From NCBI GenBank assembly GCA_963692915.1, contig OY843584.1, positions 1,504,001-1,568,000 on the forward strand: a stretch of DNA of 64,000 nt, written 5' to 3'. The first letter of the stretch is position 1; each line of letters begins with the position of its first letter. Below, piece by piece: positions 1-9,201 of this stretch. The notes under the pieces are model-generated. The model was not told the origin of the DNA, made no database searches, and was given only the letters and a program-made list of their open reading frames with translations. The translations under genes were made by a program, and so were the position numbers. The DNA comes from Cenarchaeum sp. GTDB taxonomy: Archaea > Thermoproteota > Nitrososphaeria > Nitrososphaerales > Nitrosopumilaceae.

Positions 1-55
1 ACGTGCGTCGCGCACACGAGCTCCGGCGGCAACCGTCGCCTCTGGCAGGGACGCA

Positions 56-769
56 CTAGCGCATCTCGCGAGCCATCTGGCGGCACTCGGCGGCCTCCCC
101 GGCACGGCCGAGGAGCTCGAGGACTGTCCCCTTTGAGTCGTATACGCCGGCATTCGTGGGATCAAGCTCGATCGAGCGCTCTAGTGCGGACAGTGATTCG
201 GCATGCCTTCCGAGTGCACTGAGGGCTATTCCCCTGGCGTGGTGCGCAGCACCGAGCGAGGCGTTCTCGGCTATTGCCTGCTCGGCACACTCGAGGGCCT
301 CAGAATGGCGACCCATCGCGCCGAGTATGCTAGCGCTTGCACAATGCGAGTGCCCGTCACACGGCTCGCATCCGGCAGCCCTCTTTAGCGCGCCGAGTGC
401 CTCGTCGTATCTTCCGAGTGCGGCAAGTGCGACGCCGATGCCGTGGTGTGCCCTGCCCATGCCGGGCTCGCATCCGACCGCGCGCCCAAAGCTCTCGGCT
501 GCCTCGGCGTGGCGCCCGAGGCCGCCGAGGGCGACGCCGATGTTATAGTGGATGCTCGGGTTTTGGGGATCGACTCCGTCGGCCTCCCTGCCGCACTCTA
601 TGACGCCCTTGTGGTCTGCCCGCCTTATGAGCGCGACTAGGGCCTTTTGGTACTCGGATGCGGCCTCTGCGGTCTGCCCGCCATCGCGCAGGCTGCTCGC
701 GCGGCGCCAGTGCTCCTCGGCCTCGGCATCCCCCGTGCGCCTGCGCAGTCCAAACACGGCCACGGCCAC
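56..769 (-). CDS. TPR repeat protein
   Basis: Multiple 34-aa TPR repeats (e.g. HYNIGVALGGLGRHAEAAESFGRAVGCEP). Confidence 0.85.
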   Translation of the reverse strand: MAVAVFGLRRRTGDAEAEEHWRRASSLRDGGQTAEAASEYQKALVALIRRADHKGVIECGREADGVDPQNPSIHYNIGVALGGLGRHAEAAESFGRAVGCEPGMGRAHHGIGVALAALGRYDEALGALKRAAGCEPCDGHSHCASASILGAMGRHSEALECAEQAIAENASLGAAHHARGIALSALGRHAESLSALERSIELDPTNAGVYDSKGTVLELLGRAGEAAECRQMAREMR

Positions 770-856
770 CCCGCGCGGCCGATATATCCGTTTAATGGGC
801 CGCGCGCCCCTGATGCGCCTATAGGCATAAAAGCGCGCGCGGCGCGCGCGGCGCGC

Positions 857-1753
857 ATGAAGATTGTGTTTCTTGGCACGTCAGCTGCCGTGCCGACTGC
901 CGAGCGGGGCCTGGCATGCACATGCGTCGAGCGCGACGGCGAGCTCTTTGTGTTCGATGCCGGCGAGGGCGCGCAGATGGCCTTTGCTCGCGCGCGCCTG
1001 GGCTGGAACCGGCCCACGCGGATATTCGTGACGCACATGCACGGGGACCACTGCATAGGGATCCTCGGCCTGATCCAGACGATGTCGCTCCACCGCCGGA
1101 CCGAGACCCTCGAGGTGTACGGCCCGCGCGGGATCGACGAGTTTGTCGCCTCTAGCCTGCGCGCCCTTGACGTCCTGCCGACGTTTCCGCTGGCGATCAC
1201 GCCCGTCTCGGCCGGAGATGTCCTTGACACCGGAGAGTGTGCCGTCTCGGCGTGCGCTGCCCACCATAGGGTCGAGGCATACTCTTACCTCCTCGCCGAG
1301 CATGACAGGCAGGGCCGGTTCCACCCTGAAAAGGCCGAGGCCCTCGGCGTCCCAAAGGGGCCGCTCTGGCACGACCTCCAGTCCGGCCGCGACGTGGACG
1401 TGAACGGCAAAAAGGTCAGCGCGCGCGAGGTCACCGACGGCCCGCGCCGCGGCGTGAGCATCGGTATCTCCGGTGACACGAGGCCGACGCGCGAGCTGGA
1501 AGAGTTCTTTGCGGACTGTGACTGGCTAGTCTTCGAGTCGACGTTCTCACACGACCTGCACCAAAAGGCACTAGAGACGCTCCACACGACGGCCCGCGAG
1601 GCCGGCGAGCTCGCCGCGCGCACACGCGCCAAAAACCTCGTCCTAACGCACTTTTCTGCGCGTCATGCCGACGTCACGGGACTAGTCACCGAGGCCGCCG
1701 AGGCCCACGATTCGGTTCGCGCCGCAGCTGACGGCATGGAGATAGCAGTCTAG
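857..1753 (+). CDS. rnz: Ribonuclease Z
   Basis: MKIVFLGTSAAVPT start, THMHGDH MBL motif, GVPKGP exosite, SGDTRP, LTHFSARH; start moved to ATG 857. Confidence 0.95.
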   Translation: MKIVFLGTSAAVPTAERGLACTCVERDGELFVFDAGEGAQMAFARARLGWNRPTRIFVTHMHGDHCIGILGLIQTMSLHRRTETLEVYGPRGIDEFVASSLRALDVLPTFPLAITPVSAGDVLDTGECAVSACAAHHRVEAYSYLLAEHDRQGRFHPEKAEALGVPKGPLWHDLQSGRDVDVNGKKVSAREVTDGPRRGVSIGISGDTRPTRELEEFFADCDWLVFESTFSHDLHQKALETLHTTAREAGELAARTRAKNLVLTHFSARHADVTGLVTEAAEAHDSVRAAADGMEIAV

Positions 1754-1980
1754 CCGGGAAGCGTGCGCATTATGGTGCTGCCGACCGAGGAGAGCGCACC
1801 GGTGAGCGCGCCGCTGATCGACTCGGTGACCCACGAGATCGCCCCATCGCGCACGCCGGCAACATCTTTTGACAGCGCGCCGATGACGCCATCGAGGCTG
1901 GGAAATGCGGCGACTGTCTGCGGGAGGAACATGACTGCGCCGACTATGGCGATGACTATGACGATGAGCGCCCTGATCAC
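1750..1980 (-). CDS. Small membrane protein
   Basis: N-terminal hydrophobic helix followed by an amphipathic tail; stop overlaps the rnz stop. Confidence 0.6.
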   Translation of the reverse strand: MIRALIVIVIAIVGAVMFLPQTVAAFPSLDGVIGALSKDVAGVRDGAISWVTESISGALTGALSSVGSTIMRTLPG

Positions 1981-2221
1981 GCCATCTAGTCACGGATCGC
2001 CTTTTTACGCGCTAGCTGAAACTTTTGGCATGCCTCACGTTAATTTTGTTGAGTTGCGTGCGCCTGTGATGCTTTTGGCGAGCTCGAAATGGGCCGCATT
2101 GGGGCCGGATTCAGAGTGTGCGCCCACGAGGACTGCCTTGCCGGACACAGGGGGGCGCAACGGTGACTATGGTGATGCCCTAGCGCAGCGCAGTCCTGAA
2201 AACGGTGGCCATGGTCTCCAC

Positions 2222-2623
2222 TCACTGCCTCCGCGGCACAAGCCAGTCGACTATGGCGTCGATCTCCGGGGAGGTGATCCGCAGCGTTATTGGCCCGAGG
2301 GGCGACTCTTCGGCGTCTGAGCACAGCGCTATAGAGCCGGCAGCAGCGGCCTGCTTGTTTAGGTATACCCACGTCGTCTCTCCGTCGGTGTTGAGGCGCA
2401 TCCTGCGCCGCCATGCCGAACCACTCCCCCTCGACCTGACCGTCTCGCGTATGCGCACCAGTGATGCAGCCGAGTCTGCAGCTGACTCGACCGTCCCGTC
2501 ACCAACGCTCGTCTTGCCGCCGTCAAGAACCGTCTCTAGGGCGCGCCTTATGGCGCCCTCGTCCTCGGACGCAAAGACGTCGCATGACGCGCTCGTCGAG
2601 CATGCCGCTGCCGGAAGCGTCAT
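2222..2623 (-). CDS. UPF0201/DUF54 family RNA-binding protein
   Basis: SEDEGAIRRAL and YLNKQAAAAG...SPLGPITL motifs; coupled to the upstream kinase. Confidence 0.8.
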   Translation of the reverse strand: MTLPAAACSTSASCDVFASEDEGAIRRALETVLDGGKTSVGDGTVESAADSAASLVRIRETVRSRGSGSAWRRRMRLNTDGETTWVYLNKQAAAAGSIALCSDAEESPLGPITLRITSPEIDAIVDWLVPRRQ

Positions 2624-3171
2624 TCTGCCATCCAGCGAGATATTGCCGCATGGGCGGCATCGACGAGCTCGTCGATGCCAATGTCATTGTTTGATATCGT
2701 CTCGTCTGCGAGCGCTATCGAGTCGCTCATGCCGACTTTCATCTCGCGGTCGTCGCGCTCGTCGAGGCCACCGCGGTCACTCGGGTCATCCGAGCGCGCG
2801 CGCGCCTTGAGGAGGCCGAGGCGCCGCGGGGCAGCCGCATGGACTGCGAGTATCCTGACGCGCCCATGCTTTCGAAGGCAGTCGATCTCGGCGTTGGAGC
2901 GCACGCCGTCGACGATGACCGCACCGTCACCAGAGCGCTCGATCTCGTCCTCGATGAGGCCGGCTATTGCGCCCTGCCCGTCGGACTCTCGCAGCTCGAG
3001 CATGAGCTTGCCGAGGTTCGGGCCGGTCGGCTCTATCTTGCGTCGTGCGGCCTCTGCCCTCACGGCATCTCCCATCGAGACAGTCACAATGCCGCGCCGC
3101 GCGAGTGCGCCGGCGATCGTTGACTTGCCCGCGCCGGGCATTCCGGTCAGGCAGACTATCAGGCGCGCCAT
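2620..3171 (-). CDS. Dephospho-CoA kinase-like AAA protein (UPF0200)
   Basis: TGMPGAGKS P-loop, SMGDAVR, VDGVRS, RARSDDP. Confidence 0.85.
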   Translation of the reverse strand: MARLIVCLTGMPGAGKSTIAGALARRGIVTVSMGDAVRAEAARRKIEPTGPNLGKLMLELRESDGQGAIAGLIEDEIERSGDGAVIVDGVRSNAEIDCLRKHGRVRILAVHAAAPRRLGLLKARARSDDPSDRGGLDERDDREMKVGMSDSIALADETISNNDIGIDELVDAAHAAISRWMAE

Positions 3172-3275
3172 CTGAACTCCGCGCGAGCCGGCCGCTATAT
3201 TGAAGCTTGCCGGATCACGCCCCGTGACCACCCCGCTCACAACACATTAACCCCAATGCCGCCGCGCACGCGCCC

Positions 3276-3803
3276 ATGCGCGCCTTTGTCGGCATTGACA
3301 TCACAGACGGGCCGACCCTGGCCTCACTCATGCGCACGCGCGCCCTCCTCGGCGAGCCTGCGCGCCGCCGCCATGACCACATCACGCTTGCGTTCCTCGG
3401 CGAGATCGACGGGGCTACTGCGACTGCGGCAGCCGACGCGCTAGAGGCCGTCGAGTTTGATGCCTTTGATGCGCATATCGCCGGCCTTGGCGCATTCCCG
3501 TCACTAGAGCGCCCGCGCGTCCTCTGGGTCGGCGTGCGGGAGGGCTCTGATGCAGTCTCCTCGCTCGCGCGCAGCGTCGCCTCTGCCCTCGGCCCGCTCT
3601 GCCCGCCGACGCGCACGCGCCTTGTCCCGCACATCACCGTCTCTAGGGTTAAAAGCGGGCGCGCGCCGCCACGTGCCGTGATCAGCGAGTGCCGTGATGC
3701 AGTCATTGGCGTGCAGCGAGTCGCCTCGATATCGCTAAAGCGCAGCGATCCCGCAAGCGATGGCCATGTGCACACAACGCTCAAGACCGTGGAGGCCCTC
3801 TGA
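3276..3803 (+). CDS. thpR: RNA 2',3'-cyclic phosphodiesterase (2H family)
   Basis: MRAFVGI, two HxT motifs (HITLAFLGE, PHITVSR), PRVLWVG. Confidence 0.9.
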   Translation: MRAFVGIDITDGPTLASLMRTRALLGEPARRRHDHITLAFLGEIDGATATAAADALEAVEFDAFDAHIAGLGAFPSLERPRVLWVGVREGSDAVSSLARSVASALGPLCPPTRTRLVPHITVSRVKSGRAPPRAVISECRDAVIGVQRVASISLKRSDPASDGHVHTTLKTVEAL

Positions 3804-5185
3804 TGGGGCGCACGGGAACCAAGAGACCGCAAGCACGCGCCGCCACGATGGCGCGCGCAATAGCGACGGCGAGGAGGCGCATCATCCCGTCAGCATCTGA
3901 GGCGCGAGCAATAGAGTCAGTCGCAGGGGAGGCCATGGATCTCGTAGGTCACGAGATAGCGGGTCGGCAGGGAATACAGGGAGCCGAGCTCGGCGGCTCT
4001 TTTGCAAAGGGGACGTGGCTTGCCGGAGCTGACGTTGACATATTTGTCGTCTTTGACGAGTCAGTCAGCGAGGCTCGCCTCGAGTCTGAGTCAAAAAGGG
4101 TGGGATTTGCGTCGATGGCAGACCACAGGCCGTACGTGCGATATGCGTCGCACCCCTACGTCGAGGCGACGATCCGGCGCACAAAGGTCAACGTTGTGCC
4201 CTGCTATGGAGTGAAGAGTGGCCACTGGCGCAGTGCCGCTGACCGATCGCGCTTTCACACAAGGTTCATGCGCGACGCGCTTGATGGCACGATGCGCGAT
4301 GACGTGCGGATCCTAAAGCGCCTCCTCCAGTCAAACGGCCTCTATGGGGCCGAGCTTGCGCGCGAGGCCTTTAGCGGGTATGCGTGTGAGGTTCTAGTCA
4401 GCCACCACGGCTCACTCGAGCGCACCGTACGCGCGCTTGCCGGAGCAAAGCGCGGCCTCGTCATCGGCGAGGCCTCTGGCTCCCAGGAGACGCCTGTGGC
4501 CATAATGGACCCCGTCGACGCGAGCAGAAACCTCGCGCTCGCCGTCTCGCCGGCCAACATTGGAAGGCTCATCATGCTCTGCCGCGCCCTCCTTGAGCGC
4601 CCGAGCGCCTCGATGATACTGTCCGGCGCGCGCGCCGCACCGGACAGCGGCGTGCTAAAGACTACAGTTACTGTCAGGTTTGACTCGCGCCCGCGCCCGC
4701 CTGAGACCATATGGGGGCAGGCAAAGAGCGCAGCCTCTGCGCTGGCCGCACGCCTCTCCTCGGGCGGCTTTGGCGTCATGCGCCACGGCGCGCACGTAGA
4801 TTCGCGTGGGCGCGTCACGCTGGCGTTCGTCCTAGAGTCCACGTCGACATCGCGCTGGTCAGTCGGCATGGGCCCTGACCACTTTGATGCGGCCAACGCG
4901 TCAGGCTTTGTGACGGCCAACGTTGGCCGTTCGCCGCTAGTCTGGGTGGGCGCTGACTCGCGCCTGCGCGCGATCCGCCAGAGGGAGCACACGTCGGCCG
5001 CAGCCCTCCTTGAGGACTCGCTCACGCGCCGCCTTGGTGACTCTGGCGTGCCGGCGGGCCTAAAGCGCGACATCCGTGCCGGATTTGCCGTCCGGACCGG
5101 CGTGCGCGCCTCTGATCGCACATTCCTTGAAACCATGCATGATCTTGTCTCAACGGACACCAGGTCCTTTGGCCGCAGCCGCTAG
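3803..5185 (+). CDS. cca: Archaeal CCA-adding enzyme
   Basis: GSFAKGTWL..DVDIF nucleotidyltransferase motif, HPYV, ADRSRFH, YGAE..FSGYACE. Confidence 0.95.
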   Translation: MGRTGTKRPQARAATMARAIATARRRIIPSASEARAIESVAGEAMDLVGHEIAGRQGIQGAELGGSFAKGTWLAGADVDIFVVFDESVSEARLESESKRVGFASMADHRPYVRYASHPYVEATIRRTKVNVVPCYGVKSGHWRSAADRSRFHTRFMRDALDGTMRDDVRILKRLLQSNGLYGAELAREAFSGYACEVLVSHHGSLERTVRALAGAKRGLVIGEASGSQETPVAIMDPVDASRNLALAVSPANIGRLIMLCRALLERPSASMILSGARAAPDSGVLKTTVTVRFDSRPRPPETIWGQAKSAASALAARLSSGGFGVMRHGAHVDSRGRVTLAFVLESTSTSRWSVGMGPDHFDAANASGFVTANVGRSPLVWVGADSRLRAIRQREHTSAAALLEDSLTRRLGDSGVPAGLKRDIRAGFAVRTGVRASDRTFLETMHDLVSTDTRSFGRSR

Positions 5186-5186
5186 A

Positions 5187-5918
5187 ATGTCCGGCCCGCC
5201 GTATGACGGCGTGCTCGGGTACCCGCGCGCGACGCGCAGGCAGCTCGCCGCCCGCCTCAGCGCGCTGGACCGCCTTGGCGTGAGCCGCGTGATCCTCGAG
5301 GGGCCAGTTCTCCTCGGACGCGCGCGCGTCCTCGGCAAGGGATACTCGGGCGTCGTGCTCGCCGCGCGCTGGCGCCGGCGCGACGTTGCGCTAAAGATGC
5401 GCCGAACCGACTCGCCGCGCCGCACGATGGGTCCGGAGGCCCGACTCCTTGCGGCGGCCAACGCCGCCGGCGTGGGCCCGCGCCTCCTGGCGCACTCGCG
5501 CGACGCGCTCGTCATGGAGCGCGTGGAGGGAATGCCCATAGGCTCCTGGCTCGAGTCGCTTCGGGGTCGGCGCGCCGCGCGAGTGCGCACAGTCATTCGC
5601 CGCACGCTAGAGTCGTGCCGCGCGCTGGACCGCGCGGGGATAGACCACGGCGAGCTCTCGATGATCTCGTGCCACGCCATAGTCAGCAAGGATGATGCCG
5701 TCACGATAATAGACTTTGAGAGCGCATCGGCCTCACGCCGCGTCTCAAACGTGACCTCGGCCGCACAGGCCCTCATGGTGGGCGCTGCGCTCTCGCGGCG
5801 CGTGAGGAAAATGTGCGCGCTTGCGGACCGCGACACCATAGTCGGCCTCTTGCGCGCATACAAGGCGTCAATGTCCGAAGAGTCATTTGGCGCGCTCCTG
5901 GGGGGACTGCGCACTTGA
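5187..5918 (+). CDS. RIO-like Ser/Thr protein kinase
   Basis: LGKGYSGVV, VALK, DHGELS, IIDFESAS; start at ATG 5187. Confidence 0.8.
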   Translation: MSGPPYDGVLGYPRATRRQLAARLSALDRLGVSRVILEGPVLLGRARVLGKGYSGVVLAARWRRRDVALKMRRTDSPRRTMGPEARLLAAANAAGVGPRLLAHSRDALVMERVEGMPIGSWLESLRGRRAARVRTVIRRTLESCRALDRAGIDHGELSMISCHAIVSKDDAVTIIDFESASASRRVSNVTSAAQALMVGAALSRRVRKMCALADRDTIVGLLRAYKASMSEESFGALLGGLRT

Positions 5919-6523
5919 GCGAGGAGGCCGTGCGCCACCTGAGGCGCGATGCGCGCCTGCGCCCAGTCATTGCGCGAGTGGGCCCCTATGGCCTGCGCCG
6001 GGTGCGCAACCGCTACGAGTGCCTCGTCGGCGCGATCGTAAACCAGCAGCTCGCAGGTTCAGCAGCACGGCCAATATTGGCGCGCTTTCGCGCACTGCAC
6101 GGCCCGAGGTTTCCAAAGCCAGAAGACATTGCAAAGACGCGCGAGTCGACGCTCCGCAAGGTGGGCCTCTCGAGGATGAAGGCCTCGTACATACGCGGCA
6201 TCTCGCGCGAGATATCCACTGGCCGCCTGCGACTCGACGCGCTCTCAAGGTTGGATGACGAGTCAGTCATCGAGAGGCTCTCAGAGATTCGCGGCATCGG
6301 GAGGTGGACTGCAGAGATGTACCTAATGTTTGCGCTCGGGCGCCCTGACGTCCTGCCAGTCGGCGACTATGGCCTCAGGGCCGGCGTGCGCGACCTGTTC
6401 AGGATGCGCGAGCTGCCAACACCGGCCGAGCTGCAGCGGCGCGCCGAGCCGTGGAGGCCGTACAGGTCGGCGGCAACATGGTACATCTGGAAGGGCGTGC
6501 GCGGCTTTGGCGAGCTCGGCTAG
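5915..6523 (+). CDS. alkA: DNA-3-methyladenine glycosylase (AlkA, HhH-GPD)
   Basis: IVNQQL, GIGRWTAEM, DVLPVGDYG, WRPYRS; TTG start overlaps the upstream stop. Confidence 0.88.
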   Translation: MSEEAVRHLRRDARLRPVIARVGPYGLRRVRNRYECLVGAIVNQQLAGSAARPILARFRALHGPRFPKPEDIAKTRESTLRKVGLSRMKASYIRGISREISTGRLRLDALSRLDDESVIERLSEIRGIGRWTAEMYLMFALGRPDVLPVGDYGLRAGVRDLFRMRELPTPAELQRRAEPWRPYRSAATWYIWKGVRGFGELG

Positions 6524-6569
6524 ACTGGCCCATTATGACATTTATGGGAGATGAACCGGCCCCATCGGC

Positions 6570-7100
6570 GTGAACGCAAAGGTCCTAGTCGTCATCGCAG
6601 TCATCGGCCTCGTGGCCGCCATCGGCGCAATCGCGCTCCTCCCAGGACAGCCAGACTCGCCTAGTGCGCCCCCTGCGCCGCAGGGCATCACGCTGACACT
6701 AGAGTCGATATCGGTCAGCTCGGCGAGCGTGCGCGCCCTCCACGTCGAGCTAGAGTTTGAGGCGACAAACCCCGATCCGGCCACGGTTCTCCTCCAGTAT
6801 GTCAAGTATGTCGTCTCGGCTGACGGCCGGCGCATCCACACGGGCCTCATAGGCGAGCGTCCCGAGGGCTTTGTCGCCTCGTCGAACTTTGTCACGCTCA
6901 TCGAGGGCCGCTCAGTCACCCTCGCATCCGAGTTTGCCATCCCGAACACGGGTGCGGATCCCGAGTTCTGGGAGACCCTCTCGGCTGACAGCGTCGAGTG
7001 GACCGTCAGCGCCGAGGCCTCTTACAGCCACAGCTCGATGGTCGCCGGCGGCGAGAACCTCGAGACGTTCGAGTTTGTGCGTGGGCCTAATGTATCATAA
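6570..7100 (+). CDS. Membrane-anchored LEA_2/WHy-like protein
   Basis: N-terminal TM segment, F.ATNP motif and beta-rich pattern. Confidence 0.55.
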   Translation: MNAKVLVVIAVIGLVAAIGAIALLPGQPDSPSAPPAPQGITLTLESISVSSASVRALHVELEFEATNPDPATVLLQYVKYVVSADGRRIHTGLIGERPEGFVASSNFVTLIEGRSVTLASEFAIPNTGADPEFWETLSADSVEWTVSAEASYSHSSMVAGGENLETFEFVRGPNVS

Positions 7101-7118
7101 AACCATTATTTTACAATA

Positions 7119-7160
7119 GTTTATCTAAATTAGAATAAATTTAGAAAAATAATATAAGCG
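7119..7160 (+). promoter_or_regulatory. AT-rich promoter with imperfect palindrome and TATA box
   Basis: TTATCTAAATTAGAATAA dyad followed by AATATAAG about 26 bp upstream of ATG 7183. Confidence 0.5.
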
Positions 7161-7182
7161 CACGACAGCTCTGTTGAACACA

Positions 7183-7293
7183 ATGGCAGAAGCAGGCATG
7201 GCCGCATTTGGTTCGGCAGTCGGTGTTGCGATTGCGTTCGCCGTAGTGGCGTTCGCACTTCGCGGCAAGGGTCACCACGAGCCCCTAGAGTAA
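7183..7293 (+). CDS. 36-aa single-TM micro-protein (absent from ORF track)
   Basis: MAEAGMAAFGSAVGVAIAFAVVAFALRGKGHHEPLE*, with its own TATA box and a downstream hairpin plus T-tract. Confidence 0.65.
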   Translation: MAEAGMAAFGSAVGVAIAFAVVAFALRGKGHHEPLE

Positions 7294-7411
7294 GACGGTT
7301 CGGCGCCACTAGTGGTGCTTAATCGACCAGGGCTTTTCTTTGATGCTCCTAGCGCGTCCTGCGCGCAGGGTGCGAAAAAACAAGACAGCAAAAGGCCAGA
7401 ACCTGCTGCCC

Positions 7412-8065
7412 CTAGGCGTCAGGATTGTGGCCCAGGATATCGGATATGAGCCTTATCGGCCTGCCGATGCGTTGCTTTGCAAAGCAGCGCTCATAGTACT
7501 GGCACGAGGCGCACTCGGGGGACGGCTCTATTATGGGAAGGCGCTTGCCCTCGGCAAGTAGGTCGCCTAGGACGCGCACGCGCCGGATAGTCTCCTCGAA
7601 CATTCGCTTGTCGCGCGTGAGCGAGAATGACGTCTCTGTGCGGTCAGCCGAGATGTAGACGATAACGCCGTCGGCCTTGTCATGCATCCACATGTACGAG
7701 TTGAGCGCGAGGAGATCGCCGGCGATCGGAATCTTTGGCGGGGGGTCTGCAGGCCTGAATATGATGACTGTGTCCTCGACTACCATGTCGGCCCTGCCGA
7801 CTAGGGAGACCCCGCCGACGTCATAGGTCACCTCGTCAGGCGCATAGCCGAGGCGGCGAAGCATTCCGGCGACGAGGTCGCTAAAGGCGCGTGGCGGCGA
7901 GTCGAGTGGTGAGTCCCTGTCATAGTATGACCTGCGCAGGCAGCGCGTGACCTCGTGGACGTGGATCTTTGTTATGTCAGTCGCGTCGATCGCAGGATCG
8001 ATCTCGCGCGATATCGACTCGAGTGCAGTTGTGATGAACTGGCGATAGTCCTTGTCCCCCATCAT
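7412..8065 (-). CDS. Solo Cas4-like protein with Fe-S cysteines
   Basis: RCLRRSYY N-terminal Cys, GRAD motif II, C-terminal CxxCxxxxxC; no CRISPR array in the window. Confidence 0.75.
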   Translation of the reverse strand: MMGDKDYRQFITTALESISREIDPAIDATDITKIHVHEVTRCLRRSYYDRDSPLDSPPRAFSDLVAGMLRRLGYAPDEVTYDVGGVSLVGRADMVVEDTVIIFRPADPPPKIPIAGDLLALNSYMWMHDKADGVIVYISADRTETSFSLTRDKRMFEETIRRVRVLGDLLAEGKRLPIIEPSPECASCQYYERCFAKQRIGRPIRLISDILGHNPDA

Positions 8066-8099
8066 GGCGCTGCCGCGCGCGGGACACTCCTAGATTAAC

Positions 8100-9146
8100 C
8101 TATGTCTGCGAGTCGGCCACTATGGCCCTGGCCATGACCGTCTCGGGCGCTATTCCCTGCTCGACGGCATACGCGATCGACGCGATATTCCTGACCTCGT
8201 ACGCCACGAGCTTTGTTATGGCAATTATCGTCGCAAGGCTGAACATCTTTGTGAACGCCCTGTTGCATGACGCGTACATTTCAAGCTCCATGGCCCGCTC
8301 AAAGCCGGCGACTGTGTCGAGGTCGGTGCCAGACTGTGGAACCATCGAGCCGTACCTAGTCGAGGCGACCTCTGATAGCGCGTCGCGGACCGATGCCGCA
8401 CCGGCCATGCGCTCCAGGGCCGCGCGCGGAACGCTCGGCGTCGAGCCGGCAGTCAGGTCCAGCGTTGCGGCCTCGTCCAGACCCCAGAGGCGGCCGCGCA
8501 GGACCGCCATGATATTGTAAAAGTCAACGTCGGCCCCGATCATGCGCGACACGTTGCGCTCGCGCGACTCTCGGGCCGCGCGCGCCAGCTCGATGTGCAT
8601 CGTCTTGTCGAGGTATGTGTCTATAGCCTGTATCTGCCCGCGCTCGCCATACAGCGCGACTGCGCGCGCAACCTCGTCACCAAGGCGCGTCCCGCGAAAG
8701 CTAGCGGCGGCCTCCTCGAGGTCCTTTGCGACTAGCGCCTTTACTAGCGTGTCGCGCTCGCGCGCCAGCTCGGCAGCGCGCATGTTTATGTGGCGCTCGA
8801 TCTCGTCTTGTGTCTTGCCGAGTGCCTTGCCCTTTAGGACCATCTTTAGGTTCCAGATGACGAGGCGGCGATAGTATGCGTCAAGAACACCCCTGTCGCC
8901 TGCCGCGCGCGCCATGGCGTGGTGCATCTCGGCGAGGTGCGCCCCGAGGGCCGCCTCGATCTGCGCTGCGCTGTGCGGGGCCTGCAAGTCTGCGACTGCC
9001 GGCCCATAGCGCGTGTTCTTTATCCTCGTGAGGAGCTCGTCCATGCCGCGTGACTCGGCGAGGGCCTGCAGGTCGGCGCGCGAGAGGAGCTTGCCCTTTT
9101 GCCCGTATGCCTTGACTGACGCGTATAGACGTGCTGCCTTGCCCAT
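8100..9146 (-). CDS. atpC: A/V-type ATP synthase subunit C
   Basis: YASVKAYGQKGKLL N-terminus, IWNLKMVLKGK, DFYNIMAVLRG, YEVRNI; start at ATG 9146. Confidence 0.9.
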   Translation of the reverse strand: MGKAARLYASVKAYGQKGKLLSRADLQALAESRGMDELLTRIKNTRYGPAVADLQAPHSAAQIEAALGAHLAEMHHAMARAAGDRGVLDAYYRRLVIWNLKMVLKGKALGKTQDEIERHINMRAAELARERDTLVKALVAKDLEEAAASFRGTRLGDEVARAVALYGERGQIQAIDTYLDKTMHIELARAARESRERNVSRMIGADVDFYNIMAVLRGRLWGLDEAATLDLTAGSTPSVPRAALERMAGAASVRDALSEVASTRYGSMVPQSGTDLDTVAGFERAMELEMYASCNRAFTKMFSLATIIAITKLVAYEVRNIASIAYAVEQGIAPETVMARAIVADSQT

Positions 9147-9201
9147 TATGGGCAAAGGGTTGGCATGTTGCGATTTTAATGTTGCCGTTGTGTCACGTGT
9201 G

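Noticed and set aside
2119-2197. Crossing stems (2119-2125/2153-2159 and 2129-2136/2190-2197) suggesting a pseudoknot or HDV-like ribozyme
   Set aside because: Lacks the HDV P3/L3 and J4/2 consensus; 7-8 bp stems are expected by chance at this GC content; an Infernal search would be needed
7412-8065. CRISPR-Cas locus
   Set aside because: Only a solo Cas4-like gene; no array or other cas genes in the window
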